This document shows, one piece after another, positions 30,952 to 40,972 of a stretch of DNA of 64,000 nt (the first letter of the stretch is position 1; each line of letters begins with the position of its first letter). The notes under the pieces are model-generated. The model had not been told where the DNA came from, ran no database searches, and saw only the letters and a program-made list of their open reading frames with translations. This DNA comes from Yuukianura sp. NJ FZ-2021 (taxonomy: Eukaryota): assembly GCA_046563655.1 (NCBI GenBank), contig CM102283.1, positions 2,976,001 through 3,040,000 on the forward strand. The letters run 5' to 3'. The position numbers and the translations under genes were made by a program.

Positions 30952-31769
30952 GGTTGAAGTAAACTTGAGGGACTGAACTGTCCCCACCCGTTCAAATTTT
31001 CGCGCTGCTTCCATTGTCCCCACCCAGTGTCCCCACTTGGTGGGGACAAATGTGTCCCCACCAGCCTTAAACAGCGACTCCCCCTAGCGGTTGGTGTCGA
31101 ACTAACGAATTCGAGCTGGCAACGTTGTAGTGTTGCTTTAATGTAACGTAGTGTTGCTTTAATGTAAAAAAAAACGCTGTAAAAAAGGCAACTATGCACT
31201 AGGGCATATGTAATCAACATGGCGAGACTCATTCCGACAAACTTACACACTTTTAATCACTATTGCGAGACTTTTAGTCAGCCAAACCTACAGACGTAAT
31301 CACTATTGCATGCTTAACCAAACCTAACGCCCCGCCTTCGGCGCGGAAAATGCATTGTACCAAGAAGTTTTGGGCTGAAAGTAAACGAAGAAGTTTCTTT
31401 GCAGTTTCCGCGCCGAAGGCGCGGCGTTAGGTTTGGTTAAGCATGCAATAGTGACTGTGTCTGTAGATTTTGCTGATTGTCCTACAATAGTGATTTTTTC
31501 TGTAGGTTTTTCTGACTTAGTGTCACTATATTTATTACCTGTGCCCTGGGTGTAGGCAATGGAGCAACGGTACGACGTTGCCAGCTCGAATTCGCTAGTT
31601 CCACTTCAGCGGCTAGGGGGAGTCGGGGTAAGGCTGGTGGGTACACTTTTGTCCCCACCAAGTGGGGACAAATGTACCCACTTGGTGGGGACACTGGGTG
31701 GGGACAATGGAAGCAGCGCGAAAATTTGAACGGGTGGGGACAGTTCAGTCCCTCAAGTTTACTTCAACC
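30952..31769. mobile_element. 818-bp non-autonomous fold-back DNA transposon (MITE), GG...CC termini, 8-bp TSD; Merlin-like by termini
   Basis: About 80-bp perfect TIR beginning GGTTGAAGTAAACTTGAGGGACTGAAC. TSD CGGTATTG at 30944-30951 and 31770-31777. Repeated TGTCCCCAC motifs, and an inner inverted pair at ~31281-31354 / ~31400-31475. Confidence 0.9.
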
Positions 31770-31845
31770 CGGTATTGACATTTTGTTTACAATTAATTCT
31801 AGCAATTAGTGCTTGATTACCCGACTCACAGAAGAATTACGGACG

Positions 31846-34163
31846 ATGGACGTTGAGGCGGATGTTGTGAAGCAGAGGGTCAGTGAAACCGAGCCGAAAC
31901 TACCATTGATAGCATTGAAAGGTAATTAAAAAGCTAACCGTGATTTAATTTAAAAATAAGCATATGTTGCGTGGTTCAGTTAGCCTAAGCTTGTCTTTGC
32001 CTTTACTAATCAATCATACTTTTTTGTACAGTTTTACCGGTGCTGAAGGAACGACAACAACAACATGGTCTTCGTCACGGTGACTATCAACGCTATCACG
32101 GCTACTGCAGTAGGCGTCTGCGTCGTTTACGTGAAACTCTACGAATGCCGCAAGGAGATCGTAGACATTTTAAAAAGAAGGATGTAACTCTAGCTGAAAT
32201 TGATTCAGAGAAAGGAGATTCTCGTTTCTTGGAGATTCCGTTGACACTTACTGAACGGTAGAAGATCGAGTTACTAATAGCGTAGCGTAGACCTCTCAAC
32301 TAATTACTAATTGAATTTGTTTTAGAGCATGGGCATACGCTATGGCACTGAAGCAGGATTCCAACACGGAACCTCGGAAGAAGTTTCATTCAGTTTGTCG
32401 CATGCAGAAAGCTAGAAATCATGTCGCCGTGCTTCTACAACTGGCATCTGATAGTACTCGAGTAGATGCCCGGACAAAGTTAGAATGCGAAGCTTACGAT
32501 GCCTTTATCAATGCCACTTTCTTCTTCGAACTACAAAACTGGAGCGAGGCGATGGAAAACTTCAAACGAGCACAGTAAGAGTAACACTACTAGAAAACGT
32601 TATAGTACATCGAAATCATCGATTTATAACAATTTTCATCGGTGATTTTTATGTTTTGTTAGATCAATTTACAACCAAATCAGCCAAGCTCTCGGAGAAC
32701 ATCCAGACGCTGTCATCTACACTGATAAAATTACAGAGTTGATGCCTTCCATGAGATTCTGTGCATATCAAACAGGAGACAGTAAGTGTACTGAACTAAT
32801 TGACAAACTAATTAGTTTACTACACAATTACTTTAGTGTATCTTTAACATTTACTTGTATATTGGTATAAATCACAGAATTGGACATGTCTCAGCTATCA
32901 GCCGAGTTCAAATCAGCTGCTATCCAAGCCTTGATTGCCCAACGACCGAAGATGTCCGAGATTACTTTCCGGAACAACAAGATTTCAATTCCAGATGAAA
33001 AGATTGCTGGACTTTTGGCCAGAATCGAAGACATGGAGCAACAGGAAGATCGGAAGGTGGAAATGTATGAAGAAATCTTAGTTGAAGTTCGTGATGCGAT
33101 TCAAACTGTTCGTGATGCACTCAATGCTGAAAAGGAACAAGTAAGTCTCAACTCAATTAATTGATTAAATTATCCATTAACTAAACTTAACTAATCTTGT
33201 CTTTGAAAACTTAACTTTTTACAGCAATCAACTAAGATAAAACCATCTCTACTGCTCAACTACCTTTTGTATCTTCGTCTTCGCCTGACGAATGCCCGGA
33301 CGGAGCTTATGATTGAAGAGAAGACTCAGCCCAGAGATTGCATCCGTCTTCTTGAGTTGATTCTGCACAATTACCAGGAGATGTTGACCATTCCTGGACT
33401 GGACACGGACGACGACTTCCAGTCAGAAGTGGACCACTTGAACTACATCTTCAAGGCTAGACGATGTCAGTACTTGGCCAAGGCTTACATGGTGAGCAAG
33501 AACTGGGAAGGAGCCTTTGCTCTGTATGGACGTAGCATTGATTATGTTGAAAAAGGAGCCAAAGGTACGTAAATCAAAAAAAAATGAAGAAAAAAACTCC
33601 TTTTTCTTGAAAAATTTCTCATTTTTGTTTGAGTTTTCCATTTTTGTATTGATTTTTTGAATCTTTTTTCTGTTCCAGGTCTACCGTCCGACTCTCCGCA
33701 TCACAAAACCGTTGAGAAAGTGAAAGAAACCGCAGAGCAGTCACGGTTGGAGTGTCGGGCAAGAGCAGTAGTTGGAACCAGCAAGGAATTGGTTACGGAG
33801 TACACAAAACCAGAGGAACCTTTGATAGATCGACTGGACGAATTTGTACTAGACGAAAGTCTTACCACAAAACAACCCAATATCATCACATTTCCATGCG
33901 ATTTTGAGTAAGCATCGACTAGTCACTTCCATTTTTCATACTCTGAACTTTTTCCTTGAAATGAACTTTTTTTGTTTGTGAATTTTAGGCCTGTACCGAC
34001 CAAACCGTTGTTCTTTGACCTGGCCGGTCACGGTATAAAAATCGATGAAGCGAAGTTACAAGAACGTGCTCATGGAACTTCGCCTAAGAAAGGCACCGCT
34101 GCCAAGGGAGAGAGCGCTGGACTCAGCGGTTTCGTCAAAGGACTTTGGGGCTGGGGCAAGTAA
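31846..34163 (+). CDS. SRP68: Signal recognition particle subunit SRP68, 558 aa
   Basis: 8 exons: 31846-31921, 32032-32257, 32326-32574, 32663-32781, 32878-33140, 33225-33564, 33679-33907, 33989-34163. Motifs QQQHGLRHGDYQRYHGYCSRRLRRLR, ERAWAYAM, KPLFFDLA, GFVKGLWGW. Confidence 0.97.
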
Positions 34164-34333
34164 CGGGAAACTTTTAAAAAGAAATTATTGTTTAGGTTAG
34201 TTAACCTAACACTAACATTTAATTACATTATGTATTAAAAAAATCAATAGAGGAAAAGGAAATAAGTAACAGTTCTTAGCCTATTTTCATAAACTTTTGC
34301 TTCAGAAAACTTTAAAATACAAAACGTGTGTGT

Positions 34334-34561
34334 TTATGGCCGCCGCCGCCGCCTCAGCTGTTCCATCTCCACATGCAGCAGTTCATAATCCAACTCCAGC
34401 AGTTGACATTGCAGCTGATTGTTACTGAGGTCGAGTCGAGTTTTGAGAGCCGTAATCTCTTCCAGACGCAGCTCAAGTTTCGCAACTTCAAGTTTCCGAG
34501 CTTCATCTCTGCGTTGGGTCTTCTTGCGATTTCGCTCTTCCAGTCTTCGTTTCCTGCTCTC
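34334..34561 (-). CDS. Terminal exon encoding a degenerate bZIP-like basic region plus leucine zipper; upstream exons unresolved
   Basis: Acceptor TTTTTGATTTCAG is followed by 75 open codons: ESRKRRLEERNRKKTQRRDEARKLEVAKLELRLEEITALKTRLDLSNNQLQCQLLELDYELLHVEMEQLRRRRP*. Heptad L29/I36/L43/L50/L57/V64. Confidence 0.55.
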   Translation of the reverse strand, partial: ESRKRRLEERNRKKTQRRDEARKLEVAKLELRLEEITALKTRLDLSNNQLQCQLLELDYELLHVEMEQLRRRRRP

Positions 34562-36236
34562 CTGAAATCAAAAACGAAGTGGAATAAAATCGTAGTGTTG
34601 AAAAGTAGCGAGCGGTGAACGGCGGTGCACTGCGAGAAACCAAGGTGCCTTGACAACCGAATTATATTTCCTACAACAGGTTGTCCATTAACTCGGGGTT
34701 TGCAAAAATCTTCCTTCATGCAATTTTCCCCCTCCCCCAATTTCTATTAAATTACATACAATTATCATAGAAAGGCATTGCGACGCAAGTTTTGCAAATT
34801 ATTTGAGAAAATAGAACACGTCGAGTTATTGGACAACCTGGTGTAGAATAAACAATTTGTTTGTTTACGAATCTTGGTTTGATTACGGAAATGTTAAAAG
34901 TACTAATTTGAGGCATGTGACCTTTACATTTCCAGAACAGTGTAGGTGGCAGGTCACAATAATCTTCGTGTGACGTTAATAAGCCTTTGACCTTTGACCT
35001 CTTAAAGATTTTCAATGAAAATTTTGAAACAATTATTCAAATCTTAACTGAAGTAATTGGATTGTTTAGCCTAATTTTACCCCTGGACTCGTTACGCCAC
35101 CACCCGTCATGCCCAAATTTTTAGAAGATGTGACTTCTGAACGTAACGCACCGGATTTTCAAAAATTATGAATTCAAATAACTTCAAAATTTTGAAACTT
35201 TTGTACAACCTTTGGTATTGTTTACTTGAAAATGTTGTTCGGGTACAACAAAATCCTTCAGGATTCAAGGACAATGGGAACAAAGGTTTCAAAAAAAGAA
35301 ATCTAATTCCGTCCACTATGTTTTTGAAAAAGCGTTCGAGGACTAAACTTTGTTTTACTGCTTTTAAAAATTTGAAAAATGTTAAAAATCCGTAAAAGTA
35401 GAAATGGAGATTTAAGGAAATTGGAAAATGTTGGCGTTTCATTCATTTTTGTTTCAAACTGCATGCATAACTTATGAAACACGAGGTACTTTTTTATAGT
35501 TCTAGTGCTATAAGTTCTATAACTTGAAAATTGAAACTGCAATTTGCAACTGTGCAAAAATTATCAAAAGCACTTCAAATCAGTTGCCGATTGTGCTAAA
35601 TTTTTGCTGATTCGCAGAATTCGAAAATTTCACCGGCAGTTAAATGTTTTATTGGGTGCGGGTTCTCTCAATGTCAATAGAATGGAAAAAGTTAGGGTGG
35701 GTGGATATCTATCAAATCTTAAATAACTTAACAAAAAATTAACTTTAACTAACTTTCAACTTAACTAACTTCAATAGTCTTACTTTTTCTAAACAACTCC
35801 CTCATCAGTTAACTAACTTCTCTTCAATTAACTTCTCTCGTGCAGATTTTTGTCAAGGAAAACCAGTTTTTACAACATACACAAAAGCAGTAAGGTAAAT
35901 TGTTCTAAATTTTGAACATAATTAACACCTCTCTCTCAAATTTTCGAATTTTCAATTTTTCGAAGTTTTACCTTCCACTTAAACTAAACACGTTAGGTGA
36001 CACTTAAGTGTCAATTCACAAAATTGAAATCAGTTTTTTGACGACTTTTTCAAAAAAATTTTCATTTTTGTGAACAAACGACCGGGATTGAAGGAAAATT
36101 GATGAAGTTTTAACATTTTTTAAATACTTCGTCCAAAAAAAAATGTTCTGCAAAAAAACTTAAGTTTCTAAAGCTCCATATACTCCTGTTTTAAGTGGCA
36201 TGTCATGATCTAGCAAATAGTGAAAAATGAGTTCAG

Positions 36237-36310
36237 TGACCTTTAGAGGTCAATGACCTTTCGAGGTCAATGATCATTCAAGGTCAATGACATTTCGAGG
36301 TCAAAGGTCA
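36237..36310. repeat. 17-bp tandem array of nuclear-receptor half-sites (IR1/EcRE-type and DR1)
   Basis: TGACCTTTAGAGGTCAA TGACCTTTCGAGGTCAA TGATCATTCAAGGTCAA TGACATTTCGAGGTCAA AGGTCA. Confidence 0.75.
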
Positions 36311-36870
36311 CAATACTACTGAAACTAGCATAAAAAAATGCTAAACTAAATTAGTCACTGGTAAGGTTCATCAACTGGAATGAGATTTGAGTGACACGCG
36401 GTGGGTTGGATTTTTTAAAGTAAATTCTAAATTAATGAGATATTTGCATTGGACGTGAAGACAAAACTATGGAACAGACTTTGAATTAGTGAACAACTAA
36501 CTAAGCATTTAAGTAATTTAACTAATTAACTAAGCACTTGACTAAATTAACTCACAATTAACTACTTTTTATATACTTCTGAAAGAGACAACACTTGTAC
36601 TAAACACTTGACATTTTACAATTGACATTTTTACTTATTTTGACAACAATTTTTTAGACTTGAAAAGTTGTCGCTTACTTGGATACTTCAAGATGATTTT
36701 CCCGTTTTTACAACTTACCAGTTTTTTTCTCAAAATTCTATCCAATATTCGTTTTTTTCGGAATTCCTTTTTCAATTTTGTTTCGTTTCTTTGTGAACTC
36801 TTTCCATTTGGTTAGCTGCTATTTTTCTTGACAGTTGAGACATTTGTTGTGTATTTGGTGACGTAGTGTT

Positions 36871-39402
36871 TTAGTTGACACGAGATCCATCTCCACCGCG
36901 TCCACGGTTCGTGACAGCAGCAGTTCCGACACGTTGACCACGCCATTCTCCAATTCCTCCAGAAATCCCGTCCTGTCTGCCTTTGCGATGATCCGAACGA
37001 TGAAATTCAATGAACCGCAAGTCCCGCTCATCTTCTGGTTCGCTGTTCGTGTCCTTGTCACGGTCAATTTCGTCGCTGCGACGACGACGAATGATCGCAG
37101 GAGGTTGAGTGAAGAGACGCGGTGGAGAGGAGGGCTCGGCCATTAGCGGTTGAGGTGGTCCAGAGCGGGAACTGAAAAAAACGAAAACGTTTCAGAAACG
37201 AAAACGATTAGAAATAATATAAACGTTTTAGAAACGATTAGAAATACTAGAAACGTTTTGGAAACGTTTATAAAAAATAGAGACGTTTTAGAAACGTTTG
37301 CAAAAAACAGAAAAGTTTGAATTTTTTTTAGGTACCTCGAGTCCCGCCGAAATCGTTGTGACGTATCGGCCTTCTTTTGCACAATATCGATTGGTGGATT
37401 GACTTCCGGTTTCGGCCGTTGCAAAATTCTATTTGAACAAAAAGTTTTTCATCAAACTTTGATGACTGCTGCTTTATAAGTTTTTGTTTAGTTTTGGATG
37501 TAACTTACCGTAGTTTCTTCGTTTCCATTAGAGTCATTTCCGCCAGTTTCCGTTCGATTTCCCTCTCACGAGCAGCAGTGTCGACGGGTTTGGCTCCACC
37601 GAAAATGGCCGAGTTAGAAGCCGGAGTTGGTTCGGCTTCTGAAGTGGACTTTGTTCGTGGTTGCAAAACCAACTTCTTACGTTCACGCGGTGGAGATTTT
37701 GGCGAAGTGGGAGATTTCATACGACTGAAAATCATAAAGTTAGGAATTTTGAACTTTCACAAGTGGAAAGCAACTTTTTAAAAAGTTTTTTTTGTTACCT
37801 CGGCTCTGGCTCTCCAGCGTGGCCATGAACTTCTTCTTTATTCCCACCAGAGCGGGGCGGGGCAAAGGCCGACGGCGGTAGAGGTTGATCACGGTGCAGA
37901 ATTCTTGGCTGCACCGGAGGACGAACCAAGTCTTCACTGGACCGTGATTGGCTCCGGTAGTCCCCACGGTCACGGTCGTTTGAACTGTAGTAAGACCTGG
38001 AAGTTATGCACACAAGTTAAGTTAGAGTTAGTTTTAGTTAGATATCAATTAGTTTACCTAAGTTAACTAACACAAACTCACCCATTATTGCCACCGTGAC
38101 CATAATCTCGAGGTTGACGATTTTGATGATCAAAGTCTTGTCTGGTCGGGGCCACTCGGATCCGTGACGGTGGTGGCCCAATGTCGCCACGACCGTCGTA
38201 GAAGTCATTTGAGTAGCCACTGCTGCTGCCGCCACTCAGCTGTCTATCATAACCATACTGGTTGTTGTAGCCTCCGTGATTCTCAAATGACCTGCCACCG
38301 CCACCACTATGGTATTCCGATCGTCGGTTGTAGAAAAAGTTGTCTGGCTTGTTATTTCCATACTCACGTCTTCCTCCTCCTCCTCCCCCGCCATTGCCGT
38401 ATGTAGATCGCGAGGGGTAGAATGGCTGGTTACGTCCAAAGTCTGGCATTTTGTTATCCAGCGTAAGGTTGCCAGCGGCTCTCCAATCAGCTGGAGTCTC
38501 ATCAATTGGGCCCTTACGGCCTCCACCATCCCCATGTCCAGTTCCCAAACTGATTCGAATGGGCCGTCCTCTCAAAATTTTGTCGTTCATGATGAGAGCT
38601 TCAATCAAGTCCTCGCGATTACGGAACTCGACGTAACCGAATCCACGAAGTCTGTTGTTACTGTCACGCGGGAGACGTAACTCGTCGATTTCGAGTCCAC
38701 TGAAAAAGTGATACACTTCCTCATCATCAATTTCGTAGGAAATGTTGCCAAGGTGGGCTTTGTAGGGTGGAACACGGGGAATTTGGGAGTCGTCATAGGC
38801 AGGTCCACGACTGGCTCTTGGAGCACTGGGCAAAACAATCCGCTCCTTTTCGGTAATGAGTTCTGGAAGGACAAACGCAAAGATTAAACACTCAGATTGA
38901 TAGTTGATAGACATAGTGATACTGATAATGCTGTTAACTTCTGGAAGGACCGTACCATACTCTTCAACTTCGTCAGCCCATGAAGAAGTCATCGTATTAG
39001 TATTTTCCTTGGGTTTCTTTGGGGCGTATACAATATTTTGTCCAGCAGGCGGAGGTGTAGGTTCTAAAGACGCCGTAAATTCTTGCAACGAAACCGCTTT
39101 CTGTTTTGGTTTCTTGAGTTTTTCTGAAACGAAACAAATAAAACCACAAAGTTAGTATTTCATCGGCCTTGGCAAGGACTTCTTGTCACTGTGAGGACAA
39201 TGACATATGACATGTTCCATTCCTCAGTTTCTTGTCAACTTAACTACTCAATTAATCGATTACTAGCGCAGACTACTCCGGTTTTTACTTAGTATGTACT
39301 TAAACGATTAAATGACACCAAACTAATCATGAATCTACTGGAAAAGTACAGAAAGAAAGAGACAGAATATGAAGATACGAAATGTGACTTACTCGTTGAC
39401 AT
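36871..39402 (-). CDS. EIF4B: Eukaryotic translation initiation factor 4B, about 588 aa
   Basis: Exons 39402-39393, 39123-38956, 38862-38082, 37996-37799, 37724-37509, 37428-37336, 37171-36871. Motifs SWADEVE, LPSAPRASR, RRM (PYKAHLGNISY..RGFGYVEF), ERKKLVLQPRT, IFGGAKPVDTAAREREIE. Confidence 0.93.
37181..37318. repeat. Intronic ~30-bp minisatellite (AAACGTTTTAGAAACG core)
   Basis: 4-5 imperfect copies make up most of the last eIF4B intron. Confidence 0.65.
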
Positions 39403-40009
39403 ACTGTTGTTAACAGCTCTCTCTTGTAATATGTTTTAATTAAACTGGTGTCACCGGTTTAATTAAGACGTTAATGCGTTGATTAACGATTAATTCAATT
39501 AGTTCAACAGTCTTTTCACACACAGTACACAAAAGACTAACTTTTTATCTTGTTTTTCTCTTCAACAAAATGTCAATCCAAAAATTCCGTGTTTATATTT
39601 CTCTTGCTAACTTTTTTTTTTAGGGCGGAAGTCACGGGGGGTGCCAAAGCCCGGGAAATTCATAATTCAAATTTCTCAAATTCTTCAAACGGTTGAAGTA
39701 AGGTTTAGTGAGTATAATTGTAGAAGTATAGTGTAGCAATTTCGGCCATCTTATTGGTCTCGATGGCTGTATCCAGTGTTACTGGATATCCACTTTTTGG
39801 ATATTTCATCCCCTGCTGGGCATCTAGTGGAAGAAATGGAAGAAAGGGGGGGCGGTGCCATGTCTTTGGCGTTTAGATTATTTGAAAACAAAGCGGAAAA
39901 CGAGAATTAGTATTACACAAAACAACGACAAATCGCTTAAACTAACAACAAAAACATGCAAACAATTGCGGTTTAAGTATTTCAATAAATTATTTTGTAG
40001 TATTTAATA

Positions 40010-40616
40010 CAGTGGATTCTCTAAATAAGGGAAAAAATCACGATTTGAGGATTGGTAGTAGGCGCCTCCCCCAGTATCGTAAGATTTCTGGTAAACGGTC
40101 AGTTATATGGAATTTAAGGCTAGGAACACCATTCTAATGAAAATTTCCTGTTTCAAAGTTCAGAGTAGTATATAATTAATATTGATATACATAATATTCA
40201 AATATTAATGCTAATTATATGTGATATCTATATACTAATCAATATTATATGGTATATTATATGCAAATTACGCTGTGAATGTCACCCTTATTAAACAGGT
40301 TATATAATATAATATATTATATACAGTGCGCTGTTGCGCAGGTTGTGCGCTGTTGCGCAGGTTGTGCGCTGTTGCGCAGGTTGTGCGCTGTTGCGCAGTT
40401 TGTGCGCAGATATATATATATTAATATTAGTTAATTCCATTTAATTATCTAATTACTTTTGTTTCGCACCAAAAAAAAATTAACCAAAAAAAAACAATCG
40501 TAAAAAATAAGTCGATAAACTGAAACATACGTTCCCTCCAAAATTAAAACTTTACGGTACCGCGACTTCGAAAGTGAGAAAGAGGAGCTCCTGTCCCTTA
40601 TTTAGAGAATCCACTG
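40010..40616. mobile_element. 607-bp Tc1/mariner-superfamily (pogo-like) MITE
   Basis: Perfect 23-bp TIRs CAGTGGATTCTCTAAATAAGGGA (40010-40032 and 40594-40616) flanked by TA on both sides; AT-rich non-coding interior. Confidence 0.9.
40326..40409. repeat. 19-bp tandem repeat x4.4 (GTGCGCTGTTGCGCAGGTT) inside the MITE
   Basis: Near-perfect copies read directly from the sequence. Confidence 0.9.
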
Positions 40617-40972
40617 TACTTATTTATTTGAATTTCAGGCCGAATTTTTAATTCTTCCCATCCACCGTTCAATAGGACTTTATTTCTTCCAATGTCCAGC
40701 GGAAGTGGCAATTAAGCCACTGCACGTTTAAGCACCCAGCAACACAGGTGGCAACATTTGTATTGCAGGTAGCCGCAAGCCACATAGCGTAGCCACCCAT
40801 TATAGCCGCAAAGTTGGTACGTTGTGAGCATACGACGAAGCTCGCTCAACCTTACTTCAACGCTTCTATCACGTTGCTGTCATTAAAATCAGCTGATCTG
40901 GTCAACACTGCCATCAGCGTTGGTGGTGGTCAATCAATTGATTCGATTAATCCACTATTTGACCTCAAGGTC

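Noticed and set aside
30828-31694. ORFs within the fold-back element as a transposase
   Set aside because: Short, no DDE or HTH features, and derived from the TIR repeats.
34354-34740. 128-aa ORF listed in the track
   Set aside because: Non-ATG start and atypical composition; an overlapping frame gives the coherent bZIP-like heptad pattern.
40326-40409. CRISPR-like array
   Set aside because: Contiguous tandem units with no unique spacers, in eukaryotic DNA.
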